DNA of 63,886 bases, the filler included, from Acidimicrobiia bacterium (GTDB lineage: Bacteria > Actinomycetota > Acidimicrobiia > Spongiisociales > JAHEDJ01): NCBI GenBank assembly GCA_029210695.1. It is 3 parts of 3 records of this genome, joined end to end, with 100 filler letters (N's around TTAATTAATTAA, not from the genome) between each part and the next. Parts side by side here need not be neighbours in the genome. Positions count along the whole stretch, not along the records: positions 47,180 to 63,886 come from JARGFH010000071.1; 2 more parts are not named here. One strand, written 5' to 3'. A model generated the notes under the pieces. The model had not been told where the DNA came from, did not search any database, and saw nothing but the letters and a program-made list of their open reading frames with translations. Position numbers and translations under genes: made by a program. Positions 48,772-58,476 of the stretch are shown here, piece after piece; positions within the stretch are counted from its first letter, which is position 1; the number at the start of each line of letters is the position of its first letter.

Positions 48772-50840
48772 GACCAGTGGGAGGCGTCAGCGAGAACCAC
48801 AGGATACAGCGGCCCCGATCCTGCGCTCCGGAGGAGATACCCGGCCACCGTCAAAGTCCATCTCGACGAGACGATGTCATCGAGAAGCAGCCCGGGAGCG
48901 GTCGGTGGTGTGCCAGAGAGTTCCAGCCCGGCGATGGCATTGGCGGCCTGACGAAACGAATTCTGCATGGCCTTCTGTTGAGCGTTGTCGCGTTTGGCAA
49001 GCAGCGGAATATGAGTGATGCCCAGTCGTGCCGCCACTGCTGCGGCGAAGTCAGCGACGAGATGCGGACGTTTGAGCGACGGAATGTGGGTGATCCACTG
49101 GATTCCTTTGCCGTCGAGCCGTCCGGACACAATGTCGGCCAGCGCTTCGACCAGTTCGGGGGAGAACGATACATTGACGTATTTGCCGTCGTGGATTGCG
49201 TCGCCCCACACGGCGGAGCCGTAGCGGCAGAGGGCATAGCCTTCTTCGAGTTGGTACTCCTTGAGCTTCTCCAGCTGATGTTCCTGACTGAGGCCGGATG
49301 GCCATAATCTGCGTGGTTCAAGGGGGACGTGCAGTCGACCGAGATAGGCCTCTGCGGCGATCGCCATGTCCTTCGGAACCGTCGGGTCGAGCTGGTATCC
49401 CTCACAGTTGGCGCAGTGGCCACAGGGCTCCGGCTGCGGGTCGTTGAGGATCTCCGTCAGAAGCTCCATGTAACAGCTGTCGATTTCGGCGTAGGCCGTC
49501 ATGGCTGCCTGCTCGTTCCTGCGGGCAGCCGTAACTCCTTCGACCCGTTCCCGCGGGTAGGTCCACGGGTTGATCGTGCGCGACCAGTAGCCGTGGTCGC
49601 GTGCCACCACCTGCTCTACTTCAAGGATCTTGAGAAAGGCGGCGACCTTGCCCTCTCGTAGGTTCAGCCGCGCCGCGATCTGACCGAGTTTCAAAGGCTC
49701 CTGTGAAACCGCCGCCAGCACGGCGTCGGCCTCCTCTTCGGCGGGGAACGCAGTGGTAATGAAGAAATCCTGGATATCTGCGTCTTCTCGCCCCCGCATC
49801 AAGATCGCATACGCCTTGTCGAGCTGCCGACCGGCCCGGCCTACCTGCTGGTAGTAGAACACGGGAGATCCCGGCGCCTGGTAGTGAATAACCCACGCCA
49901 GGTCCGGTTTGTCGTAGCCCATTCCGAGTGCCGACGTGGCGACCACCACCTTGATGTCGTTTCCCGCCAGTTCCTCTTCGATCTTGAGCCGCACTTCATC
50001 GTCGTCTTGTCCGGAGTAGGCGGCAGCGGAGATACCCCGGCTGGTCAGCCAGTCAGCCACCGTGCGGGTAGCCGGCACGGTAAGGCAGTAGACAATCCCT
50101 GAGCCGGGCAGCTCGGGGATCGTCGCCGCCAGCCAGGCGAGCCGGTCGACCTCATTCGGCAAATTGAGCACGCCGAGGCGGAGCGAGTCTCGCTTCAACG
50201 GTCCCCGAAGTACCTGCAGGTGATCTCCAAGCTGCTCGACCACGTCGGCGATGACCCGGTTGTTAGCAGTGGCGGTCGTCAGCAGCACCGGCACCGTGCG
50301 AGGCAGCAAGGTGACGACCGTCTTGATCCGCCGGTAGTCGGGCCGGAAGTCATGCCCCCAGTCGGAGATGCAGTGAGCCTCATCTACTACCAACAACCCG
50401 ACCCGGCTCAGAACATCACCGAGCGCCTTTTCCCGGAACTCGGGGTTGTTGAGCCGTTCCGGCGAGATCAACAGCAGGTCAACTTCGTCCCGCTTCAGCT
50501 GCCCGTAGACCTCCGCCCACTCATCAGTGTTGGTCGAGTTGATGGTGGCGGCGTTCAGGCCGAGCGATTCGGCAGCCCGGATCTGGTCGCGCATCAGCGC
50601 CAGCAGGGGAGAGACGAGCAGCGTCGGACCTCCGCCCGCGTCGCGCAACATCCGGGTGGCGATGAAGTACACGCCACTCTTGCCCCATCCGGTCCGCTTC
50701 ACCAGAAGCAGCCGTTCGCGTCGCTCAACGAGAGCCTCTATCGCCTCAAACTGGTCGTCGTGGAATCCCGCACCAGGCCCCGCAAGGCTCTGCAGGTGGC
50801 CTAGTGCGATGTCGAAGGCGTCGGATTGTTCCTGGACCAA
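48768..50840 (-). CDS. RecQ-like helicase with C-terminal PRTase-like domain (RqlH-like)
   Basis: RTGWGKS, DEAHCISDWGHDFRP, QQVGRAGR, Zn CGHCANC, C-terminal LLDDIVSSRWTL. Confidence 0.9.
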   Translation of the reverse strand: MVQEQSDAFDIALGHLQSLAGPGAGFHDDQFEAIEALVERRERLLLVKRTGWGKSGVYFIATRMLRDAGGGPTLLVSPLLALMRDQIRAAESLGLNAATINSTNTDEWAEVYGQLKRDEVDLLLISPERLNNPEFREKALGDVLSRVGLLVVDEAHCISDWGHDFRPDYRRIKTVVTLLPRTVPVLLTTATANNRVIADVVEQLGDHLQVLRGPLKRDSLRLGVLNLPNEVDRLAWLAATIPELPGSGIVYCLTVPATRTVADWLTSRGISAAAYSGQDDDEVRLKIEEELAGNDIKVVVATSALGMGYDKPDLAWVIHYQAPGSPVFYYQQVGRAGRQLDKAYAILMRGREDADIQDFFITTAFPAEEEADAVLAAVSQEPLKLGQIAARLNLREGKVAAFLKILEVEQVVARDHGYWSRTINPWTYPRERVEGVTAARRNEQAAMTAYAEIDSCYMELLTEILNDPQPEPCGHCANCEGYQLDPTVPKDMAIAAEAYLGRLHVPLEPRRLWPSGLSQEHQLEKLKEYQLEEGYALCRYGSAVWGDAIHDGKYVNVSFSPELVEALADIVSGRLDGKGIQWITHIPSLKRPHLVADFAAAVAARLGITHIPLLAKRDNAQQKAMQNSFRQAANAIAGLELSGTPPTAPGLLLDDIVSSRWTLTVAGYLLRSAGSGPLYPVVLADASHWS

Positions 50841-51036
50841 AGCACTCCCCGTGTGATGCGTCCACTATGAACGACCAGAGTGACACTATCTGGACCGGTC
50901 GGCCTTTCTGGCGTTTCCCGTACAAGCGAACCGGCACCGCGGCGTTTGGCAATCAGGTCGATGACCGGATCATCAACCGACACGGGGAGCGGCAATCGAC
51001 TGGAATGGACGCAACCGATACGAGAGGGCACATCTG

Positions 51037-51252
51037 ATGGATGTCATCATTCGGGCGACGCCGGGTGTCACAACGTTTCATCTCGGCCGAAAGAGCTCCA
51101 TTTGTGGAGAGGTTTCGTTCGAGCGCCTCGAGGACAAACGAGTCGACCTGGCGCACGCTCGGCTCGAAGGGCGACGCCTATGTAGGAAATGCGCCCGGCT
51201 CGTGGCGCAATGGGTGGATGGCCTGACAGCAGAGATGAGTCGATCCGACTGA
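51037..51252 (+). CDS. Small putative Zn-binding protein
   Basis: GAGAGGG RBS; H..CG..CxxC pattern (FHL..ICG..LCRKC); 71 aa. Confidence 0.5.
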   Translation: MDVIIRATPGVTTFHLGRKSSICGEVSFERLEDKRVDLAHARLEGRRLCRKCARLVAQWVDGLTAEMSRSD

Positions 51253-51355
51253 CGCCCGAAGCCTGCAACCAGGGGAATCCGTCAGTCGCCACCACTACAG
51301 TCACGCATAGCGAGTAGGGGACCCACAGCCTGAATTCAGAAGTGGGGAGGACAGG

Positions 51356-52564
51356 GTGGCCTCGCAGATAGCGTGGCTTGATTTCTCTGAAGCAGAGCGC
51401 AAACGCGTCCTGGATGTGATCGGCATCTTCAACGAGTCCGACACCCGTGATGAGCTCGGCATCGGAGCAATCCGGGACACCTTCGCCGAGCTTCTGTTCC
51501 CCGGGACGAGCACCATCCAAACTCGCGCTCGCTACTTCTTCCTCGTTCCGTGGGTGTTCCTGGACCTTGAACGTTGGGGCACCACCAGCCGCCAAGCGCG
51601 CAGCAGGGCCCGAGACCGGGAGATTGGCGTGATCAGGGCGTTGGAGGCAGGCGGCGAATCGTCCGGAGTCATCGGCATCCAGGCCAAGTCCAAGCTGAAA
51701 CGTCTCCCCTCCAGTGTCTACTGGAGCGGCCTGAAGACGCTCGGCATCCGGCAGATGAGCGGCTCGATCGAGGACTACTTCCGCTCATTCGATGGGATCA
51801 ACCGGCTCGACCGCAACGTTCTCAAGTCCGATGACGGCGAACCGCTCGACCGAGCTCCAAGCTGGTGGCATCCTGGCCTGCCGGAGCCGCCCGACGACCT
51901 TCTCGAGAGTGCCGAACTCGCCCTCACCCGAGCCGAGGCGGCCTATTTGCGGGAACGTATCCTGACCATGGTCCCCGGTTCGATGCTGGCACACACCATC
52001 ACCGCCGATGCTCCCACAGGCATCGACTTCCCCTGGCAACATCCGAAGGTCGCTTCGTTCCCGGACCAGGTGAAGGAGTGGCTCGACCATGCCCGGCTTT
52101 TCTCAGAAGTAATCCAGGGCGCACCCCTGCTCTACAACCTGATGCTGGCTGAACGCTCCAAACGAGACGATCTCCAGGATAAGTTCTCAGAGAGGCTCGA
52201 CGACTGGGCTGCCGATCTTCGCCGGGATCGCCGGGCTCTCGACCGCTGGGATAAGGATCGGTTCTGGCGAATCGTCCAAGACGCCAACCCCAGGCTCCGA
52301 ACCCGTACCAAGAGGTTCACAGCGAAATGGATCGGGTACGCCCTCGACGAGCCGACCAAGATGGCAACCAACGACCCGGCCCGCCGGTTGATTCTCCGCC
52401 GGGAGATCGCCCTGAAGGGATCACAGGCCCGTCTCACGAACCAGCGTGCCCTCGAGAAGTGGAACGAGGCAGCCGGCACAGCCCCACTCAACTATCGGTG
52501 GCCGATTGCCCAGCGCATCTCCAACGACATCATCACCGGACTCGGCAGAGACGACGATGCTTGA
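51356..52564 (+). CDS. DUF6361-like protein (Azaca ZacA-like)
   Basis: WLDFS, DELGIGAIRD.F..LFPGTSTIQTRARYF, PSSVYW, LNYRW; first of three coupled genes. Confidence 0.75.
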   Translation: MASQIAWLDFSEAERKRVLDVIGIFNESDTRDELGIGAIRDTFAELLFPGTSTIQTRARYFFLVPWVFLDLERWGTTSRQARSRARDREIGVIRALEAGGESSGVIGIQAKSKLKRLPSSVYWSGLKTLGIRQMSGSIEDYFRSFDGINRLDRNVLKSDDGEPLDRAPSWWHPGLPEPPDDLLESAELALTRAEAAYLRERILTMVPGSMLAHTITADAPTGIDFPWQHPKVASFPDQVKEWLDHARLFSEVIQGAPLLYNLMLAERSKRDDLQDKFSERLDDWAADLRRDRRALDRWDKDRFWRIVQDANPRLRTRTKRFTAKWIGYALDEPTKMATNDPARRLILRREIALKGSQARLTNQRALEKWNEAAGTAPLNYRWPIAQRISNDIITGLGRDDDA

Positions 52565-54401
52565 TCCCACCGAGCGCAGCCTCCTGCTCGACGCCCTCCG
52601 CCCACCGGACGGCTACCGGCTCGACCGCGCCATCGGTACCACTTTCTCACTCGACCTCCAGGCACTCCTCATCGCCCCACTGGCCTTCGCCATGTTCGAC
52701 GCCGAAATGAGCGAAGACGGAGCACTCGACCCGATCGCCCTCCTCGAAGCCACCCGCCGGCACGCCAACCACATGAGCATCTTCTGCCAGGCCGGCCGCA
52801 TTTCCGTCCCCAAGTCCTATCAACGGATCTACACCCAGATCGAAGGCTCGGTGCACGGAGTCACCGCATCACATGCCGGCGGCATCTTTCACCCGAAAGT
52901 CTGGGCACTGCGCTTCACCGACCCCGGCGAACCAATGCGCTACCGCCTTCTCATCTTGAGCCGCAACCTGACCTTCGACCAGTCATGGGACACCGTCGTC
53001 CGTCTCGACGGTCAACGATCCGACACAGGTGACCGACGCGCCGCAGCCCGCCTCCAGAACAAGCCACTCGTCGACTTCATCCGCCGCCTTCCCCGCCTGG
53101 CCGGCAGCCCTCTACCGCTAGAAGAACGTGCAGCGATCGACGAGTTCGCCGCCCAGCTCCGCGACGTCGAGTTTGAGCGGCCAACCGGATGCAACAAGAT
53201 CCGCTTCATCCCGCTCGGCCTCGGCGGATCACATCGATCACCGTTCGTCGATGGACACCGGAGAGCCCTCGTCATCTCCCCCTTCCTGAGCGCCAATCTC
53301 CTCGCGCAGGTGACCCGCTCAGGCTCCGGGCACGTGCTCATTTCACGACAAGAGGCCCTCGACGAACTCGACCCCATAACACTCGCCTCTTTCGAACAGG
53401 TCTACGTGCTCGACTCGCCGGTCACCCCTGAAGACGACTCAACCGATGGCATCGAGCTGTCGGGACTCCACGCCAAAGTGTTCGTCCTTGACAAGGGGTG
53501 GCATGCCAGCGTCCTCGCCGGGTCGGCCAACGCCACAGACGCCGGCTTCGGCCGCAACGTCGAGTTCATGGTTGAACTCACCGGCGGCAAGGCCCGACTC
53601 GGCGTGAAATCAGTGCTGAACGAGGATCAAACCGAACCGGTATCACTAATCAACCTGCTCGTACCCTACGAATCACCCGACAACGCCCTTGTCGCGGAAT
53701 CGCCATCGGCTCACCTTGAACGAACGCTCGACCGTCTGCGTCACGCCGCCGGGGCCGTCCCGATCAAAGCAACAGTCACAACCTCTGAAGCCAGTGGCGT
53801 CTATTCCGTCCTGATCACCTCCGAGCAGCCACTCCTCGCATCCGACGAGCCCGCCACTCTCTCCTGCTGGCCGATCACCCTCGGCTCCGGACACCAGCAC
53901 CAGATTCAACCCGACGCCAATCTCGACATCACTTTCCCGCAAGTTTCGTTCGAAGCCATAACTTCATTCATCGCCTTCCAACTTGAGGCCTCCCACGATG
54001 GCAAGACCGGCCGGGTCCAGTTTGTGGTGAACGCCACTCTCGAAGGTGCGCCGGAAGATCGTCCGCAGCGGATCTTGTCCAGCATGCTCGACGACAAAGG
54101 CAAGGTGCTCCGCTATCTGCTGTTCCTGCTGGCCGACCCCGACGCACACCTCGGGGCGATCTCGCAGCTGCTCGCCGGAGGCAATCGAAGCGGCCCGGGT
54201 GAAAGCTCCCATCAACGTGTCGATGTCCCGCTGCTCGAAACGATGCTCGACACGCTTGCCAACAACCCCGATCGCCTCGATCCGATCGCCCGGCTGGTAG
54301 AAGACCTCGCGAAGACCGAGGAAGGGCGGCAACTCCTGCCCGACGGGTTCGAAGACGCCTGGTCACCGATCTGGGCTGCCCGACAGGAACTGCAGCAATG
54401 A
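52557..54401 (+). CDS. Phospholipase D-family putative nuclease (Azaca ZacB-like)
   Basis: TTFSLDL, FHPKVW..SRNLT and LHAKVF..GSANAT HxK motifs. Confidence 0.8.
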   Translation: MLDPTERSLLLDALRPPDGYRLDRAIGTTFSLDLQALLIAPLAFAMFDAEMSEDGALDPIALLEATRRHANHMSIFCQAGRISVPKSYQRIYTQIEGSVHGVTASHAGGIFHPKVWALRFTDPGEPMRYRLLILSRNLTFDQSWDTVVRLDGQRSDTGDRRAAARLQNKPLVDFIRRLPRLAGSPLPLEERAAIDEFAAQLRDVEFERPTGCNKIRFIPLGLGGSHRSPFVDGHRRALVISPFLSANLLAQVTRSGSGHVLISRQEALDELDPITLASFEQVYVLDSPVTPEDDSTDGIELSGLHAKVFVLDKGWHASVLAGSANATDAGFGRNVEFMVELTGGKARLGVKSVLNEDQTEPVSLINLLVPYESPDNALVAESPSAHLERTLDRLRHAAGAVPIKATVTTSEASGVYSVLITSEQPLLASDEPATLSCWPITLGSGHQHQIQPDANLDITFPQVSFEAITSFIAFQLEASHDGKTGRVQFVVNATLEGAPEDRPQRILSSMLDDKGKVLRYLLFLLADPDAHLGAISQLLAGGNRSGPGESSHQRVDVPLLETMLDTLANNPDRLDPIARLVEDLAKTEEGRQLLPDGFEDAWSPIWAARQELQQ

Positions 54402-57400
54402 AGAACCCCTACGACGCAACCGAAGTACTGGCCGGCCTCAAAGACTTCCAACGCAACACGGTCGACTACGTATTCGAGCGCATGCATGACGACAACGACC
54501 CGGCCATGCGCTTCCTGGTTGCCGACGAGGTCGGTCTCGGCAAGACACTGGTGGCCCGAGGACTGGTCGCCAAAACGGTCGAGCATCTCCAGCGAACCAG
54601 AGGCAAACGCCGCATCGACGTCGTCTACGTCTGCTCCAACTCCGACATCGCCGCCCAGAACATCCGGCGACTCGCCCTCCCTGGCTCCTCCGCCTACACG
54701 AAGGCAACCCGCCTTACGCTTCTGCCGCTCGAGTTGAAACGCTCGAGTGGCAGCCAGATCAACTTCGTAGCCTTCACCCCCAACACCTCCTTCAACCTGC
54801 GGTCCAGCATGGGCACGGCCACCGAGCGAGCCCTTCTGCATGTGCTGCTCACCGAGGCGTGGGGCAAGAAGCCGTTGAACACGAGCGGCGGCCGCCGGAT
54901 CCTCAAGGGATGGGTGAGCAAGCTGAGCGACTTCGAGTGGTACATCGGGTTTGTCCATCGTCGTCACATCGACCCCAAGATCGCCGCCAGCTTCGAAAGG
55001 GCCCTGCAACGGCACGACGCCAAGGAACGGCGGGCGGGTCGGCCGGGGCTGCGTGACCGGTTTGATGAGCTTTCGGTTCGATTCAGGTACGGGAAGAAAC
55101 ACCGACCCGACCAGGATTACCACGATCGAAACGCCCTCATCGGCGAACTGCGGCAGCTACTCGCCAAGGTCTGTCTGGACTCACTGAAACCAGACCTGGT
55201 CATCCTCGACGAGTTCCAACGGTTCCGGAACCTGCTCGAACCAACCAACGAAGCGGGAGAGCTGGCACGCGATCTCTTCGAGTACGGCAAAGTCCGGGTC
55301 CTGCTGCTGTCAGCTACCCCCTACAAGATGTACTCGCTGTCAGACGACCGTGACGACGACCACTATCGGGACTTCCTGCGGACCGCCCGGTTCTTGATGA
55401 ACGGTGAGGTCGGGGAGTTTGCCCGGCATCTGGAACAGTTCCGTCGAGCGCTATTCGAACGGGGTCAGGATGGCCGGCGGCAAGCCATCGAAGCCAAGTT
55501 GCAGATCGAGGCCCATCTCCGCAAGGTGATGGCCAGAACCGAACGCCTGGCGGTCTCGGCCGATCGCCGCGGCATGCTGCAGGAGCAAACCAACACGGGC
55601 ATCCATCTCGAACCTCAGGATCTCAAAGCCTTCCTGGCTACCACCCGGATCTCGCGGGCGCTCGGGGCCGGTAGCGCCGTCGAGTACTGGAAATCGGCGC
55701 CCTATCTCCTCAACTTCATGGACGGCTACAAGCTCATTCGTGAGTTCAACCAGGCCGGCCTCGACAAACGCAGCCGCACCTGGCGTTCCATTCGCCCACT
55801 CCTCGATGAAGAAGCCGGCCTGGTGCCGTGGGACCAGTACCAGGCATATCAGCGAATCGACCCGGAGAACGCTCGTCTGCGCGGCCTCCTCGACGCCACG
55901 ACCGGGGTCGGAGCATGGCAGCTGCTGTGGATGCCACCCGCACTGCCGTATTACGCACCCGGCCCACCTTTCAACGACCCCCGACTCGCCAACTTCACCA
56001 AACGCCTCGTCTTCTCAGCCTGGAATGTCGTTCCCAAAGTGATCGCCTCACTCGTCAGTTATGACGCCGAGCGTCACATGATGAACGGCGCCGGCGAGCC
56101 AGCCGAGAACACCCCCGAGGCTCGCACCCGCATCAAACCTCTACTCCAGTTCAAGACCAGCCGCGGCCAGTTCGGCGGCATGTCCACATTCGCACTGCTC
56201 TACCCGAGCCCGTCGCTGGCCCGCCTGGGCGACCCGCTGACCTTCGCCGCCAAAAAGCGAGCCGGCAGCCTGCCAGTCCCGGTCGAGGAGATGCTTGACC
56301 CTGTCGAACGACGCATTACCCAACAACTGCGCCCGCTCACGCGCACCGCCCCCAAGGACGGGCCCATCGATCAACGCTGGTACTGGGCTGCACCCCTCCT
56401 CCTCGACCAGAAAGCCGGACTCATCGAAGGCTGGTTCGGGCAGGATCGCATGGCCAGCCTGTGGATTAGCACCAACAGCCAGGATGAAGATGAGCCCGAC
56501 CTCGAGTCAGATACACCCGAAGGCACCACGTTCGCCGACTTCCTCGACTACGCCTGCTCCCTGATCCGTGGCCAAACTCACGACAGAACCGGACGAGAAA
56601 TCCGCCCACTCGGCCGCACCCCCGACGACCTCCCGGCGGTACTCGCCGAACTGGCACTGGCCGCACCAGGCAACGTCGCCCTCCGCTCCCTCACCCGCGG
56701 ACCCAACAGCGACAGCCTCCTCGAAGACACAGCCATCCGCAACGGCGCCGCCTCTATCGCCTGGGCGGTCCGCAACCTCTTCAACCTCTCCGACGTTCAG
56801 ACCATGATCCGCAACAACCTTCCCTACTGGCGCCAGGTAAACCGCTACTGCCTCAACGGCAACCTGCAGGCAATCATGGACGAATACGTCCACGTCCTCA
56901 GTGACTGGCTCGGCAGGGTCGACGGCAACCGGGCCGACGCCGCCGAGGAGATCGCCGCAGCCTGCCGGGAAGCCATCGGCCTCCGCACCGTCGGCTACGT
57001 GGCCCGCGACGTGGTCCCCGGCGAAAACAGGGGAGGGGATTACCGATTCCGCAGCCGGTTCGCCCTCCGCTTCGGCAACGAGAAAACCGAAGACAAGAAA
57101 GAACTCGAGAGAGCTTCTTCGGTGCGTGCCGCCTTCAACTCACCCTTCTGGCCCTTCGTCCTCGCCACCACGTCGATAGGTCAGGAAGGCCTCGACTTCC
57201 ACCTCTACTGCCACGCCGTCGTCCATTGGAACCTCCCAGGCAACCCGGTCGACCTCGAACAACGCGAAGGACGCGTCCATCGATACAAAGGTCACGCGGT
57301 CCGCAAGAACCTGGCTGCAAAACAGCGGAAGGCTGCTCTCTCGGGCGCCGCCAAGGACCCGTGGACGCAGGCGTTCGACTCCGCTGTCAAACAAAGACGA

Positions 57401-57664
57401 ACCTCAGAGAACGACCTCATCCCCTACTGGCTATATCCAATCGAGGGCGGCGCCACCATCGACCGTTACGTACCCAGCCTGCCGATGAGCCGGGAGATCG
57501 CTCGCCTGGCGGATCTGAAGAAGGCGCTCACCCTCTATCGCCTCGTGTTCGGCCAGCCCCGGCAGGAAGACCTCGTCGCCTATCTATTGGGGCAGGGCAT
57601 GGCGGCCGACGAGATCGAGAAGCTTGTTCAGGAGCTCCGGATCGATCTCACCCCACCAAGCTGA
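54398..57664 (+). CDS. SF2 helicase (Azaca ZacC-like)
   Basis: ADEVGLGKT, DEFQ, LSATP, FNSPFWP..TSIGQEGLDFH, EQREGRVHR motifs. Confidence 0.85.
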   Translation: MKNPYDATEVLAGLKDFQRNTVDYVFERMHDDNDPAMRFLVADEVGLGKTLVARGLVAKTVEHLQRTRGKRRIDVVYVCSNSDIAAQNIRRLALPGSSAYTKATRLTLLPLELKRSSGSQINFVAFTPNTSFNLRSSMGTATERALLHVLLTEAWGKKPLNTSGGRRILKGWVSKLSDFEWYIGFVHRRHIDPKIAASFERALQRHDAKERRAGRPGLRDRFDELSVRFRYGKKHRPDQDYHDRNALIGELRQLLAKVCLDSLKPDLVILDEFQRFRNLLEPTNEAGELARDLFEYGKVRVLLLSATPYKMYSLSDDRDDDHYRDFLRTARFLMNGEVGEFARHLEQFRRALFERGQDGRRQAIEAKLQIEAHLRKVMARTERLAVSADRRGMLQEQTNTGIHLEPQDLKAFLATTRISRALGAGSAVEYWKSAPYLLNFMDGYKLIREFNQAGLDKRSRTWRSIRPLLDEEAGLVPWDQYQAYQRIDPENARLRGLLDATTGVGAWQLLWMPPALPYYAPGPPFNDPRLANFTKRLVFSAWNVVPKVIASLVSYDAERHMMNGAGEPAENTPEARTRIKPLLQFKTSRGQFGGMSTFALLYPSPSLARLGDPLTFAAKKRAGSLPVPVEEMLDPVERRITQQLRPLTRTAPKDGPIDQRWYWAAPLLLDQKAGLIEGWFGQDRMASLWISTNSQDEDEPDLESDTPEGTTFADFLDYACSLIRGQTHDRTGREIRPLGRTPDDLPAVLAELALAAPGNVALRSLTRGPNSDSLLEDTAIRNGAASIAWAVRNLFNLSDVQTMIRNNLPYWRQVNRYCLNGNLQAIMDEYVHVLSDWLGRVDGNRADAAEEIAAACREAIGLRTVGYVARDVVPGENRGGDYRFRSRFALRFGNEKTEDKKELERASSVRAAFNSPFWPFVLATTSIGQEGLDFHLYCHAVVHWNLPGNPVDLEQREGRVHRYKGHAVRKNLAAKQRKAALSGAAKDPWTQAFDSAVKQRRTSENDLIPYWLYPIEGGATIDRYVPSLPMSREIARLADLKKALTLYRLVFGQPRQEDLVAYLLGQGMAADEIEKLVQELRIDLTPPS

Positions 57665-57699
57665 CCGCGGATGCGGATTTTGGGTAGCGTTGCCCTCGC

Positions 57700-58476
57700 C
57701 TAACAATCGAGGTCAAGCTGCTTCGAGTTGTCCACATCTAGCGCTAGCTGTTTGGTGGGTGTCTGAGGTAGGGCCCGCTGCTTGACGATTCCGACGACCA
57801 CCCGACCGCTCCCCTCGGTGAAATGCTCGAGGTGTGGGTATCCATTGCCTACACCAGTCGGCAGATCGAACATGAATAGCTCCGGCGCGGTAAGCGCCTC
57901 GCGAAGGTCGACTTCCATGGCGTTACGACCGACCAGCAGGGCATGAACCAGCCAAGGAAAGACCGCGGGTTCAACCCGTATCTGGTCGCCGGGCTTACTG
58001 GCCGAGTCGCCCTCCTCACCGTGGATCACACCAAAGGAGCGCAGCGTCCGGATGCTGCTCTGCGTGGCGACGTCGACGGCATTCCGATCGCCCCACTTGC
58101 CCTTCATGGCTGTGCGGAGCTGGCTTGTGTCGATCTCGTGCGAAAGGCCAATCCGGCGGCCAATCTCACCGCAGAGTTCACCAAAGAACGAGTAATTAGC
58201 AATCAAGACGCCCAGCTGCCACACCCGCACATCGCCATCCGCGTGTTCGGTCGCCCAGTCAACGAGCGGCTCCGCCCCCTTGGACGGCCGGAGCCAGCAG
58301 TGAGCCAACAACGTCGCTGTTTTTGAACGGCCAGTTTCGCTTTCGACTTCGTCTCGCAAGGCTATCTCCAGCAGCCGCCTTGCCTCGATCCATGGCTTGT
58401 CCATGCGAGCGATCCGCAGCGCCGTGCTCATCCACTCGGGAGTTACCGCACGATCGGGGAGACTTCGGTTACTCAT
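57700..58476 (-). CDS. brxA: BREX type 3 BrxA-like protein
   Basis: Last gene after pglZ with an ATGA overlap; DR..W, KWGDR..RTL..FG, PELF.F pattern. Confidence 0.65.
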   Translation of the reverse strand: MSNRSLPDRAVTPEWMSTALRIARMDKPWIEARRLLEIALRDEVESETGRSKTATLLAHCWLRPSKGAEPLVDWATEHADGDVRVWQLGVLIANYSFFGELCGEIGRRIGLSHEIDTSQLRTAMKGKWGDRNAVDVATQSSIRTLRSFGVIHGEEGDSASKPGDQIRVEPAVFPWLVHALLVGRNAMEVDLREALTAPELFMFDLPTGVGNGYPHLEHFTEGSGRVVVGIVKQRALPQTPTKQLALDVDNSKQLDLDC

